NCBI RefSeq assembly: GCF_001194135.2
Contig: NC_068988.1
Coordinates: 4,743,179-4,807,178, forward strand
Source: Octopus bimaculoides
Lineage: Eukaryota
Length of the DNA stretch: 64,000 nt
Reading direction: 5' to 3'
In this document: positions 41,591 to 55,766 of the stretch, piece by piece
Layout of the letters: each line of letters begins with the position of its first letter
How positions within the stretch are numbered: the stretch's first letter is position 1
The notes under the pieces: generated by a model
Seen by the model: the letters and a program-made list of their open reading frames with translations, nothing else
What the model was told of the DNA's origin: nothing
Databases searched by the model: none
Made by a program: the position numbers and the translations under genes

Positions 41591-42719
41591 TGAAATGTGA
41601 CAAAACACAACACTATTCTGACTTTTGAAACTGAAAATTGTCGTTTCCCTTCATTAATATCGATGTGAAACTATTGTATGAAATCCCAAACTATGAGAGG
41701 CCGAAAGAAATTACTTGCGCTGTAAGTTTCAATGTAAACGTGATTTGATCAAGTAGACGTATTCGATTGCTAGTTTTATTTTTTTAAATCCTTTTAGTCA
41801 AATACTTTTTTTAGTAACATCGAAAACGAATTGATGTGATATTTTTTCTCTCTGGGGTACAACATCTGATAAAATAATAAATTAAAATATTTTAACTCAG
41901 GCCTCCCTACCAACAAACTTCCAACCATGCCCTCTTAGCAAACAATGAGCGACTTTCCTTTGTTTCTGAAAACCATTACAGAACTATCTGCGATGATCAG
42001 CAAACAATGATTTGCCGGCGACACTCGATGGAATTAGTGAAATGTACCGTTTATTACTTAAATGTGTCATCAATGTCTCTTCATAATTGAATTATCGCAC
42101 TCACTTCCCAGCAACACACGGTGATTGTTATGAACATTACAACAAACAACTCTAAACTAGCGTTGCTGAAGAGTAACAGCCATAAACATTGAGAGTTGTA
42201 TCCCTTGTTCGTTCGACCAAAGAATAAGTTTAGTTAACCCTAAAGTATTATTATTAATCATTACGCTCCCCACATCTAACCCTGCTCTGGTTATTCCTGA
42301 TTTTGATAAAATTAAGAATAATCAGATTCACATTCTTATTTCATAAATGTTTCCAGTAAGTCTACGTAAATAAATTATCAATTAATTTCACTTCCCAGCC
42401 CCATTTCATGATTTTCGATGACCATTCTCTCTAGCAAATCCATTGACGTAGTGCCAGCGAGATAAGCAAAATACTTCACTTCCATTGGCAGACATCAATA
42501 TGGCACAGAAACGTTTAGAGCCAAGAAATATGTTCTCTTAATCAGGCTATTGAATCTTACTGGGGTTTATGATATTAAAAACATTTCAAAAACCTCCTTT
42601 TCATTGCTTAAATATTTCTTGCATTGACCCTGAATTAACTCATATCTCCGTTTCCTCACCGAGTCCCTCTACTTAAAGAGACCGTTCCTTCCAAATCCCT
42701 CACTAGCGTCCGTCTCTGT

Positions 42720-42763
<44 letters not shown>

Positions 42764-42787
42764 ATATATATATATGTGTGTGTGTGT

Positions 42788-42885
<98 letters not shown>

Positions 42886-43646
42886 ATATAATTTCGTATG
42901 TCTAATGTGTGTCGATGTGCGTGGATTTACTGGTCCCTGGACACCTATGTGTGTGTGTGAGTATGTACGTGCGTGCGTGCGTGAGAGTGTGTGCGTGCGT
43001 GAGAGTGTATCCCTGTGTGTATGTGTGTGTGTGTTGATATGAGCTTATACATGCTATTTTTTGTGCTTCCTTGCCTTCCTGAAACCTGTATGTGCATTGC
43101 TTACTCCACGTTGTAACTTTTGTTTTCTGTTTTGCAACCACCTACCCACTTCTCTCAAAATCCCATACACATCCTTCCCAATAAATAACAACCCCTTAAT
43201 CCCTCAAAGGGTCCCTGTGTTACTCACTTTCTCACAATAAACTCCAATCTATACACCACTTACTTATCCACAATTTGTGTTTCAAACAAAAACTACTTCA
43301 GTCGAAACTTCAAACTTTTCCCTCTTTATTCGTTGCTATTTCATTGAGAAATCCTTTTAACCCAGATATTTTATGACCAAAATTTTTCCCTTCTCGGATG
43401 TAACTCGCGCGCGCAAGCACTACACACATACACACAGACGGACACACACGCACATACACGCTCAAAGTAATACACATAAACAACATACACGAATACATGC
43501 ACATATATGTAAACATACAAGTGTATATATGTGCCTATTTGTGTATATAGACATATATAGATACATGTGTATACATATACATATATAAATGAATATATGT
43601 ATATATATGCATATATATATATATATATATACATATTATATATATG

Positions 43647-43703
<57 letters not shown>

Positions 43704-44096
43704 NNNNNNNNNNNNNNNNNNNNNNNNNNNNNNNNNNNNNNNNNNNNNNNNNNNNNNNNNNNNNNNNNNNNNNNNNNNNNNNNNNNNNNNNNNNNNNNNN
43801 NNNNNNNNNNNNNNNNNNNNNNNNNNNNNNNNNNNNNNNNNNNNNNNNNNNNNNNNNNNNNNNNNNNNNNNNNNNNNNNNNNNNNNNNNNNNNNNNNNNN
43901 NNNNNNNNNNNNNNNNNNNNNNNNNNNNNNNNNNNNNNNNNNNNNNNNNNNNNNNNNNNNNNNNNNNNNNNNNNNNNNNNNNNNNNNNNNNNNNNNNNNN
44001 NNNNNNNNNNNNNNNNNNNNNNNNNNNNNNNNNNNNNNNNNNNNNNNNNNNNNNNNNNNNNNNNNNNNNNNNNNATTACAAACATCAGCATAGCAG

Positions 44097-44140
<44 letters not shown>

Positions 44141-44162
44141 GAGCAACAATAACTACAACAGC

Positions 44163-44220
<58 letters not shown>

Positions 44221-44319
44221 GCTAAACTGAAAATAAAACTAATGACTGTATTCGTAACTTAAAGAAATGAAATAAATAGCAGGCATACATACTGGAAAAT
44301 ATTGCTTGTACGTTCTTAC

Positions 44320-44420
44320 CAATGGGCGTAGACGGTGGAGATGTATCTGGCTCCGGTAAGATAGTCGGTCCAAAAGACGGCATATCCGCCTTTTCGCGCT
44401 CCGCCGTCAGATGCTTTCGC
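44320..44420 (-). CDS. RPTP exon 9: juxtamembrane, (R)RKHLTAEREKADMPSFGPTILPEPDTSPPSTPI
   Basis: Not in the ORF track. GC-rich island in AT-rich intron. Acceptor ccgatttcag, donor G|GTAAGA; 101 nt, phase 2 to 1. Confidence 0.9.
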
Positions 44421-45323
44421 CTGAAATCGGAATTAAAAGCATGTTAGCTTTAATTACATATTAATTTTAATTACAATATACTTGTGCTCTGTAAGGACCA
44501 GCAAGTCAAAGAATAGTCCCAAAATTTCCTCCGAGTATTGACAGAGACTGAGGTAGGATTTGTTTTTAGACCGTGGGAAAACCATCAGCAGCAAAGACAA
44601 CCCAAACAAATCCATAGGTTGGAGGGTTGTTGCCTCGGGTGTTTATAGTTCAAAGATGTCATCCACCAGGAGTAAGTGATGTTTACAGCATTAGTCAAAC
44701 TATACTTTTAGTGGCATGGCTCGATTTATAACGAGCAATATTTAATAACAACTGAAGCTACAAAAATATACCCCATCCTGGTCTAAACTTTATTACTGGA
44801 AACATTATGTAAAACGTTCACCCATTCCGTGTCTGAAAACTCTTTATTGCTGGTGGTCAGATTTCCTTAGCAGATGTGAAATGCATTTCACCCTGGATGA
44901 GAAATTTGTCAACGGCAACTAACTTATCTCATGAGAAATATTGAAGTATTGCAAGCCAATGAAATAATAAATTCCAGACTAGAATCTGCTGCTTAGAGGA
45001 TTGAAGTAATTTACCACCAGCAGTGGATACTTTGACAACAACGTAAAACTACTGACAGCTGCAGTTATCTGATATATTATCGCTCTTGGCATATGAATTA
45101 CTTAGAAAAGGGATTTAACTCATTGTGATTTCTGAAATGACAGTGTCCTGAAAATAGTGCCTAAATTTTATTTTAATTTTTCGAAAACACGCGCAAGCAC
45201 ACACACACACACACACACACAGTCCAAGTTTCCAATATTTGGCTAAGACAGTATTCGCTCAGAATAATAAATCTAAGCTTAAATGCATAAAATAAAAATT
45301 GCCAATAAGCTGGAATATCTTAC

Positions 45324-45435
45324 CTCCATATCATAAGTAAAATGGCGAAAGTAATGATGAGGAAAACGAATACGACGATGACACCAATAATAACTGATAT
45401 ATGACTGCTTGGAGACACAGAATCGACTCTTCGCA
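45324..45435 (-). CDS. RPTP exon 8: transmembrane helix, (M)RRVDSVSPSSHISVIIGVIVVFVFLIITFAILLMIW(R)
   Basis: Not in the ORF track. About 23 consecutive non-charged, mostly hydrophobic residues followed by a basic stop-transfer (WRRKH). Acceptor ttctgttcttttatttttgttccag, donor AG|GTAAGA; 112 nt, phase 1 to 2. Confidence 0.92.
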
Positions 45436-47756
45436 CTGGAACAAAAATAAAAGAACAGAAATTTAAAAAAAAGATATTTTCATTCTCAGTCTATAAAATA
45501 GAACAAGTAGAAAATGAAAACATTAATAGAAATGTAATACAATTATCTATGAAAGTATTTCCTTTTTACATCTTTGCAGAGAATAAAAGAAATGATAATA
45601 ATGATATTTTACCAATCTTTCTAAAATTTCCTTATCTTCTTTCTTCTTGTTTGGTCAAAATCATTTTAGCAGTTTAGCAACATTTCAAATATTTGGAATT
45701 TATATATTTTGTTTCATTGTGTCGTTCAAAATTATACATACGAAGAAATAAATATGAATGAACTACGAAAGTTTTTATAATAAACATTGCATAAATATTT
45801 CATTTGAAAGGATGGGTGAAGTTCAATGGAATCATATTTGTCATATCTCAACCAATATTTCTTTTATTTTTGTACATTGACTTCACTTAGCACCGGGACG
45901 TTCATAAAATCTTCTTGAAAGAAAAACAAATTCTAAGTTGAATCTAGTTTAGCAGACTTATAAATCTGTAGAGGAGATTTTGAAATGATGAGGTAAAATG
46001 TAGGATTAAAATGCGCGGCGTTCGAGATTCACTTTGATATCATTTGTTTCTTCCATCTCACATTCAAATATCTTTTTACACATATACACACACGCACAAA
46101 TATGCACAGAAAATCCTTTCGTACTCATGGGCCGTTTGTCACATGGTCTTGAAACCTGCTTCTTTAAATTTTACATTACAAGCTAAGAACTTAGTGTCAG
46201 ATATAGTGATGCTATGCCGAGGTCCTTACCCATAAATAAATATCGATTTGAGCAAAGATATGTAAATATTGATTTTTGGAGCGTGGCAAAAGATATATCA
46301 AATTCAAAATATTTTTTTATACCACGATAAGCAGAAACAACTGCGAAATATCGATATCTCTCACTCTCGTTCATTTCAGGGAGCTTCGTTTTGCCTGGCT
46401 TCGAAATATACTGTGCTTTTTAACAGTCCACCTCTTTAAAAGGATTTTCTTCGTATGAAAAACCGTAGCCTCAAAGCATTTCACAACATACGTACATTAT
46501 GTATGACGTTGATAATGTTTACATTACAAAGCTGCTTCTAATGCAAAATTTTAATTATCTCCATATATTTTTTGAGGTATGTCATATTCTCGAGGCCTAC
46601 TAAATGACCATAGCTCAAAGCTCATCTACTGCCCAATTACTTTTTCTAATGCTCTTTCGTAAACCCACGCCGAATTATTCTTTTGTGCTTCATTCATTCA
46701 CCTCCTTCTTGCACACATTCCCCACATTACTATAACATATTTTACCACACCTAATAGCCGAATACAACTTACCCTATATTTATTTATTTACTTAATTATT
46801 TACTTCTTAAATAAAGCAACACTCGAAATGGCTTATCTTAAAGTTCAGTTATTGTCCAGTGACCTTTTGCACACAACAATAACTCTACATAGCAGGACAC
46901 CTACTACGACTGCTGCTGTGGCACACCACATCACCCACTGTTATTATCTATCTTTACCAACAACAGTAACCATCAATATTTTCTGTCACAAAACAACAAA
47001 ATGCCGTGAAGGTATGTCTCAAACGACGTCTCAGCTTTCTTCTGTGGGACAAGCAATCACAGACATATGATATATCAATTTAATGGAAGCGCAGAAACAT
47101 GCGATACGAAAAAGAAGCAGAGGAATAGGCTGAAAAGAAGACTCTTTTTCTCCTAATGCATATAGAGACAAGCCGCAATGCGATTATACATACAAATACA
47201 CACAGAGACACTGTGTGCGCGCGCGTACGTGTATGTTCTATAATCTCTTGTACACTTGAGGTGTGAAGACATTTCATGCAGAATAGCATAAATGTGAATT
47301 AGTAAATAACAGGAAACTATTTAAAGCCAATGTTTCATGTTGTGTCTTTCTTTCCCAACATTTTTTAACGAAAAATTAGTGTTCCGTTGCAAGGCATTCC
47401 TTTACAAGATTTTGTATAAAATAGAATTCATAAATTTATTTTCATATAACATTCCGCCTGACTTGACGAATGAGTGGCCAAAATACACTCTGTAAATTTA
47501 AAATAACCCTGATTGTCGTATATACAAGTAACATAGATCAGCTTTTTCATAAAACATAGACGTATGAAGTCTAATAATCTCTCTTATATCAGATCAAGGT
47601 TAACTGTTTAAATAAAGTTTTATAGAAGTCCTGTGATATTTCATAAGTAGATGCCATTTAAGCTGATGTCTACAGTAAAATATCAACATAAATACAGACA
47701 TCTATGTTATATATTATATGAATGTGTAGCATAATGGTATACATATGTTCCTCTCC

Positions 47757-47800
<44 letters not shown>

Positions 47801-48619
47801 ATGTGTGTGTGTATATGATGAGCCACAGATTTTATACGTATATGACGCATGTATGTATGTATGTATGTATATATATATATATATATATAACTCCGACGAT
47901 GCTATATATTTTGTTTTATTAGTGTTTTTAATAATGCCATTAAGTAGCAAAGTCTTCTACTATGTTCACTTATAGCAGATCATATATGTTAGCAGAGAGT
48001 CTGCTTATGTTTTAAAGCCAAATATGGTCATATTCAATATATCAGCACTTAAAATAAAAAATCTAAAGAATATCCCCAGTGTACAATCACAAGTTATAAG
48101 ATATGTAAGGTAAAAATATAAATTAAAATCCGCGGTTTGTGTCCCACTTTTGAGCTTTTCTTGCATACGTTTGAAAACAATAATAACAGCTTTGAAAAAA
48201 AAACAGGACAATTATATATTTATCATAGTTTTCATGTTCAAAAGCGAATTTTGATAATACCAAGATAGCACAAACTATTACAAAACCTTAAACACAAGGA
48301 TGCATAAACTGACCACTTCGTTCCATTCATGGTTTTTTTGGGGGTTTTTTGCCAATTTATATACCAGACCCTACTGGTGATAATAAGTGTCGCAGGTGTA
48401 GATAAATGACACTACTTAGTTCAACAGCAGCTACGACAATGATTAGTCACCGAAACACTTTGATGGGCAAGCAGGTAATTTGTGATAAAGCATATTTGAG
48501 GTCCTTCAGATTTTAAAAATTTAATTTAGATATAAATTCGTGGCACCGCTTACTATTGAGTCATTGTGCACACCCAGTGACTAAATACCAAGCTTAGAGT
48601 AAGTAAAATAGTAAGGTGT

Positions 48620-48652
<33 letters not shown>

Positions 48653-51530
48653 NNNNNNNNNNNNNNNNNNNNNNNNNNNNNNNNNNNNNNNNNNNNNNNN
48701 NNNNNNNNNNNNNNNNNNNNNNNNNNNNNNNNNNNNNNNNNNNNNNNNNNNNNNNNNNNNNNNNNNNNNNNNNNNNNNNNNNNNNNNNNNNNNNNNNNNN
48801 NNNNNNNNNNNNNNNNNNNNNNNNNNNNNNNNNNNNNNNNNNNNNNNNNNNNNNNNNNNNNNNNNNNNNNNNNNNNNNNNNNNNNNNNNNNNNNNNNNNN
48901 NNNNNNNNNNNNNNNNNNNNNNNNNNNNNNNNNNNNNNNNNNNNNNNNNNNNNNNNNNNNNNNNNNNNNNNNNNNNNNNNNNNNNNNNNNNNNNNNNNNN
49001 NNNNNNNNNNNNNNNNNNNNNNNNNNNNNNATATATATTATGTAGTTGCATGTTTATGCCTGCTGCGATCATGTACAAGTGCATTTTTGCTCAAAATCTC
49101 ATGAAGGAAGCTTTCTGAAAAAAAAACTAATGCCAGATTCAGAAATAAAAATTAAACAAAACATTATTTGCGTCCGTTGGAACCCATATAATTGCGTCTT
49201 CTCTTAAAATTTAAAGAAAATTCTTTTAATTATTCAGGATACCGATGTGAAATTTGGTATACTACTTGACAATATTGTTCAGATAATTTAATGAATTTTA
49301 TTAACCATATAGTTGTTTCTATCTTGATAGAGTAGAGAATTTCTTTAAAAGCCGATAATTTTTTTAAGGAGGACCAAATTTGTAGGAGATGCTTAAAATG
49401 TTTAGTGGGAGGCAACATTTTTAGGGAGGGTGGCAAAAAGACAATCTTAGTAGGAGAAGAAAATTGCTTAAGCAATTCAAGATTTTTATAGGATTCAAAA
49501 TGCATTTTTATTGCGAGAGAAATTTCAACAAAAAGTAGAAATTGTTCTCGTCGAAAAATAATTTTATTTGGATTAGAAAATTTTTGTAGGGGCCGGAAAA
49601 TATTCTAATTTTTATTTAAAATTTATCGAAAGAAATAAGATATTGATATTAAATTTATTGATGTTTGTAGTTTATTGTTTTATACTAATTTTATGCACAA
49701 GTTTTACTGCTTTTATAAAATTATGAATTCAAATTAAATCGATTTCATGGAATACCTTTCTTTATTTTCTATCATAGTTTTTCGTTTATTCTCGTTGCAT
49801 GATTTGTATGTTATGTAAATAGGTTCTATAATTTTAGATATAAATAAATTCGTTCTGTGTAAAGTCTAGTTTAATTTTAAAGCTGTAAAATGACAATCTA
49901 TGTTAAATTTCAGATTCTCTATATTCTTTCTCAATAGTATACAACAATCCAGTACACATGTTTGTAATCACATGTAGATGTCCTCTCATGAATTCGACAT
50001 GTTGCAATACAGAAAGCTTTAAGACCAAAGCTAGATTTATAATTTGAAGATCAGATAAAATGTTTTTAACCTTTCTATTGTTTTCAACCATGGTACCTAG
50101 AAAGAAATGATTGATTCTGGATTTTACAATCTTCTATGGACTCTCAATAAATTCCCAAATAAAAATATATACATATACATATATATNNNNNNNNNNNNNN
50201 NNNNNNNNNNNNNNNNNNNNNNNNNNNNNNNNNNNNNNNNNNNNNNNNNNNNNNNNNNNNNNNNNNNNNNNNNNNNNNNNNNNNNNNNNNNNNNNNNNNN
50301 NNNNNNNNNNNNNNNNNNNNNNNNNNNNNNNNNNNNNNNNNNNNNNNNNNNNNNNNNNNNNNNNNNNNNNNNNNNNNTGTATATGTGTGTGTATATATAT
50401 ATGTATACATAATATACGCATATATATAACCCTTATATATATATGTGTGTGTGTGTGTTTGAATATAAATATATATAATAATAATAATAATAATATTTTA
50501 TCATCTTTAAGCTTGCAAAACACTATTATTATATTTTACAGAACTATAAAAATCGACGCTGCTCATCAAAAACCATCGCATATATATATATATATATATA
50601 TATATAAACACAGATATGACAGTGGAAAAACTAATGTTATGTAATGAACTTCATTATCTTACGGCTGCTTCCGCTATAAGATGTGGTGGACTCTTAGTTG
50701 AGTACCTGGATAACATCCTTTAGCTTCATCAAAACCTTGAATATGAAGTGCACTCTATGTGGGCAAGCTACACTTTTAGAACATATATATATAAATATAT
50801 GTAGATCCGAAACCACTTCATCTCTAGACATGAAAATATCTCCTCAGTCTCATAGTCTGAAAGATAACATTGTAATATTGAAATAAAAAAGATTAAATGC
50901 AGTCACGGCCTGAATACCAATTTGTAAGAATAGTTGTTTGCTGGGTTCGCACGCGCGCACACACACGCACTTGCATAGTTGTATACGCATGCGCATGCGT
51001 TAGAAACTGGATATTTTACCGTTTGGCCGACAATTATCTGTCGTGGATTACCCATACTTATTCTAACGTGCTCCATCATCTGATGAAGGAACAAAGTAAT
51101 ATACACTTGAGAACTACAAAAGTAGCAACTCTGTTCATCCATATATTTAGCAACTGTGTCGTTATTTTAGAGTGTTTGTCTCAACTGGGCAGTTTTCTTA
51201 GATAGTCATTGTCTCCGTTAAGCTAGGCATGTCTTTATACGTTCCATGATATTATTAAATACATGACCAATTTCTCAGAAATTGTTCACAATTCAGTGAT
51301 GTAAGGTTTTCCACTTTCAAATCCTTAATTGATTCAAAGAGAGTTATATTAGCCATAAGAACAATAAGTTAAATGTCTTCATCATTTACATGATAACGAT
51401 TTAATGCATTGTAAACATTAATAAACGTTCTACTTAATAGTAATTGCGAATTTGAATCGACATGATATTCAGGTGACAACAATAAATAAATCAATAAAAT
51501 AAAAAGAAATAAAGGTTTCGAAGTACATAC

Positions 51531-51573
51531 TGTTCAGAGGAGCTGATGTTTTGGCAAAGGACTTTTGGATAGC
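51531..51573 (-). CDS. RPTP exon 7: 43-nt stalk exon, AIQKSFAKTSAPLN
   Basis: Not in the ORF track. Strong acceptor ctctttttatttcag, donor A|GTATGT; phase 0 to 1. It is the only good candidate I found that joins exon 6 (phase 0) to the TM exon (phase 1). Confidence 0.82.
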
Positions 51574-54101
51574 CTGAAATAAAAAAGAGTGAAAATGTAT
51601 TTTTTTTTTATATAACAATGTTCTTTGTTCCTAATATTGAGCTCTACTAACTATTATTGGAGAGGGAAAGTAGGATGCTGTGACGTTTAATGTTACTCAG
51701 CGAGGATCCTCAACGCAATTAAACTGAAAATGGATTTCGCAGTGAATAGAAAATGTGGTTTGCCATGTCGGTGAACACGTTTGCATTTCTGATTATAAGT
51801 TTGAAAGTTATGGAATGATGTTAATTAAGATATTTAGTTATTATGCATTCTGTATTCAAACGTGGAAAGATTATGTAGTAAAGTACCAGAGTTCTGTTGA
51901 TTGACCTTAGAATTTCTCAAAAATTTGTTGGTCTTGTGTGAGTGTTAGGAATCATTATGGTGGCAGAAATATATGTAGTACAGCCTGGTCAGTTGAGAGA
52001 AATGGCAAAATGCCATACTGTCTTGCATTATGGCTTTATATTGTGTGTACAAATATTCCAAGTTCGATTTTCCCTCTTTTTTCCAATCTTGACAGAAGTG
52101 TATAATAGTAACAGTCTTTCATCAATGAATCTTTTCCACTCCTCCACACATTAACTTCCTGCCTTTTCCAAAGAAAATATCATTTTTGTTGTGCAGTCAA
52201 TGAAATGTGAAACAAAAAATGTTCGTTTCATTTGACACAAAGAATTTTAACTCTAGCAAAATAGATCATGTAATAATGAAATATAGATTTTATATTAAAT
52301 TTATTACGGAAACAAAGATGAACGGAGAGGAAAAATTATGAAAAATATAATGAAAAAATTTAAAGTTAAAAGTGAACTTAAATGGAATCAAAAATATAAA
52401 TTGAAAAATGAAGTTGTTTTGTCAATATAAAAATACAAATAAAACAGGAAATTTAGAAAAAATGTAGAAAATAAAATTACTTTGAAAACAAATGTTATTT
52501 GAATCAAAAGTGGAAAGAAAATGAAATGAAAATGGGCAATTTCCAAATGTCCATTAGTATGATAATAAAGTGGAATTATTCAGAAACAACGGAAAACTGA
52601 TTTGACCAGGAACATTTCTATAAAGAATATTGGTTTTACCACTTATACAGAAATTAATTGAAAAATTACTCTTTTAAACTCAGTACTAGAAAATCGCGTA
52701 CATATATATACAAGCATGTACGCATATATGTATATATATAGTTTGTGCATGTAGGCAACGGAGTTTTTCCTACCCAGTTCCTCACAAACCCTGTTAAACA
52801 AAAACTTTCTCTTATATCTCACAAAATCTTATCTCCATACATTAACGAGTCATTTGACATAAATTTCTATCTCATTTCTATACGCGCGTGTATTACAGAT
52901 TCATCTTTTTCGCCAACAAAAGTACAAAATCGTTTCATGCATCCACAACGCATCACAAAGTCAACTATGAATGCTCTACAAACGTTTAGCTTCACAGTCA
53001 CCCAAACATCCTAGTAAAGACCGCAAATACAGTAAACCACCTTAAGTCACAGATACTGCAAATATTCAGTCTACATAACAATTGACTTTCTTCTATCCAA
53101 TCATTTCAGCTGTTTTTTAAACATTAAAACAGTTCGGTTTCAAGTAAAAGGATTCCAATATGATGCAGTCTCACTTATGTGAAAGAATGAAAAACTCCCT
53201 CTAATATTTCTCTTTTACAATTTAAAAGCAACGGGCAAAAGAGATTACACAAATAGGACAAATTCTCAGAAAATTGATACTAAGGGTAATATTGACAATG
53301 TCCGAGCAGAAAGAACAAATATGTCCCACTGTTATTAGTTTGCATCAACGAAGTGTTTTGAGCATATTTGGCACGGCATTGAGGAGCCAAAGCACACACA
53401 CACACACACACGCGCGCGCGCATACACACTATATATATATATATGAGAGGGGATTGTTAGCCTGCTCACCTAACGAGTGGGATGGCGTCATTTGAAGGCT
53501 CAAACAATGCAAAACTGCACTGTGGCCACAGATGTGCAACAACATTTAACAACCTGATCGGTCACGTGACGACGTGGTGTGTATATAGATAAATAGATAC
53601 ATACATGCATACCTTATGTATATACACAAGTGAGAGATTGTATCGGGGACAAGTTTGCAATTACTGAAGAGATACATTCTCCTCCTCCTCCTCCTCCTCA
53701 AAAAAAAAAAACCATCATTTATTTCTTCATGTCCTAATTGCAGAGAATTGTTGTGCCTGCTGGTAATTTCGCTGAAAGTTGAGTGAGAGGGGTCCCACCA
53801 TAAGAAAATGAGTGCAAGATGGGAGACGTAGCTGACCAAGGAACTTCTTGGCAGACGGAGTAATTTTTATATGTGTGTCTAGCCATAGTGATTTTATCCT
53901 ATTTCCATAAACTGCTTATTACCTTTTTCCACATTCTTATTTTCTTTTGCGCTGGTTTGTTTTTAGTCAGTGTAAAAACCACTGATTTGTAGTCTGTCTT
54001 TATAACGTTCCCTCGTCCATTCTTTACGGCAAATAATTAAATTCTTACCATTAGTATTATTGTCGCTGCTGTTATTATTATCATTAGATGAAATCGCACA
54101 G

Positions 54102-54316
54102 CTTATTCTGCTGGGTATGGTGACATGCGTCAGCTGAACTATGGTAACACCCCTTATTTTGCTGGGTATGGTGACATGCGTCAGCTGAACTATGGTAACA
54201 CCCCTTANNNNNNNNNNGGGTATGGTGACATGCGTCAGCTGAACTATGGTAACACCCCTTATTTTGCTGGGTATGGTGACATGCGTCAGCTGAACTATGG
54301 TAACACCCCTTATTTT
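54102..54316. repeat. 51-bp minisatellite, at least 4 near-identical copies with an internal N-gap
   Basis: Unit GCTGGGTATGGTGACATGCGTCAGCTGAACTATGGTAACACCCCTTATTTT starts at 54110 and 54161, resumes at 54218 after the gap, and starts again at 54266. Confidence 0.95.
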
Positions 54317-54393
54317 TCGAGCACCATCTGAATTATTCGAGCGGTTCAAACCAGTACTGTTTTCTGCAAGTGCTCCACCCTTATTGCAGCCCC

Positions 54394-54464
<71 letters not shown>

Positions 54465-54469
54465 GGGAG

Positions 54470-54675
54470 ATGGTGGGCTGGCAGAATCGTTAGCACACGG
54501 AGCAAAATGCTTGGTGCCATTTTATTGAGTTCAAATTCCGCCTAGTTTGACTTTGCCCTTCACCCTTTCGGGGTCTAACAGTTCAACACTTGGATCGATG
54601 TAAAGGACTTAAACCCTCCCCCACCAAAAAACAAAAAGAAAATTCCAAGCCTTCTGCCTATAGCAGAAACGATGA
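54470..54675 (+). mobile_element. SINE family A copy with internal deletions
   Basis: ggctggcagaatcgttagcac...gagttcaaattccgcc...ccctttcggggtc; preceded by (TAT)n at 54394-54464. Confidence 0.7.
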
Positions 54676-55198
54676 TTATGATTATAATTATGGTTGTTGT
54701 CGTTATTGTTACTTTTGTCATTTATGTTATTATCATTGCTGTTTTGGTTATAACAAAATCTACAGAGAATTAAGAATATGCCTTACGTTTATTTATTTAT
54801 TTACGTAATACTTAGAATTTCTTTAGATCCCAGCATGTAATTAAACTTTACCCTGACCATTCACAACAGTAGCCGAGGGGTGAGGTTGATGTGTTACACA
54901 ATACCACAAAGCTAGGACTTTAAAATTATGCTGAATGATAGAATAAAAGAAATGAAGTAGTTAAAATGAACGAATATTTATCAGCGTTAGCGCGTCAACA
55001 CCATTTTAAAACACACACCTCCTCCCTCCTCAGTGGAGGGACTATTGATTCTTTAGCTGATTTTCTAATATTCTATAAAGATGAACATTCACAACTGTTG
55101 CACATGAATTAAATCCTGGAAATACCCCTCACGAGAAAGGTATAGAATAGAAACATTTATAGCATTTTATTTCATAGAATTTGTATAAAAATTCTTAC

Positions 55199-55469
55199 CC
55201 CATCCACTGTTGAGAATGCTCCAAACCATATATTATAGGCATAGTCCGGTTGTAGAGGACCGTTGAAGTAATTACTGTAGGTCAAGTTATCCCCGATCAT
55301 GAATGGGCTTCGAACATTGGAGGGTGGGAATTGGGCAGTGACATAACAGTTGTCGTTAGAATTGAGAGCAGAGTAATAGTCCGCAGTTACATCGGCAATT
55401 TTAGCTGGCAAAGAACGTTTCTTTCTGCCATGATCGTTAGTAATTCTCTCCACTATCAAACGATAGAAA
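55199..55469 (-). CDS. RPTP exon 6: membrane-proximal domain, (S)FYRLIVERITNDHGRKKRSLPAKIADVTADYYSALNSNDNCYVTAQFPPSNVRSPFMIGDNLTYSNYFNGPLQPDYAYNIWFGAFSTVDG
   Basis: Y(V/I)tA.F....F.IGDn.tY..Y.N.PL.P...Y.I.f.A is the membrane-proximal motif of R2A/R2B-type RPTPs (LAR, PTPmu/kappa). Acceptor tttcttacag, donor GGG|GTAAGA; 271 nt, phase 2 to 0. Confidence 0.95.
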
Positions 55470-55766
55470 CTGTAAGAAACACAAATAAGACACAATAGGT
55501 TGTAAGAAGATTACAGAATGTTCAATTGTGTATTCAATATTGAAAATAATATATATTGATATGAACATGGTATTTAAAATCGAATTAAAGTTATATTTCT
55601 TTAGCAACATATTTTCTTCTGAAGATATTTTAGTAAGCTGAATTTCACCACACAGGAAGAATAATGGTGTCTAAAACTGATATGTCTGTCTTTAAAGTTT
55701 CCAGCAATCACAAATTCAAACTTTACGTATACACATATAAATATAAATAAAATTATCAATATTTAC

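Noticed and set aside
46828-46990. Hydrophobic minus-strand stretch (AAVVVGVLLCRVIVVCKR) as the TM exon
   Set aside because: Weak splice sites; the exon at 45324-45435 has strong sites, correct phases and a better helix.
52790-53010. Minus frame CTFVGEKDESVIHARIE resembling an L1/Tx1 zf-RVT motif
   Set aside because: Too short and degenerate to call without a search.
54041-54110. GTAAGA donor after ...AATACTAATG as an alternative stalk or TM exon
   Set aside because: No in-phase acceptor, and the sequence is low-complexity (AAT)n-derived.
54102-54316. 51-bp repeats as a CRISPR array
   Set aside because: Units are directly adjacent with no unique spacers, there are no cas genes, and the context is a eukaryotic intron.
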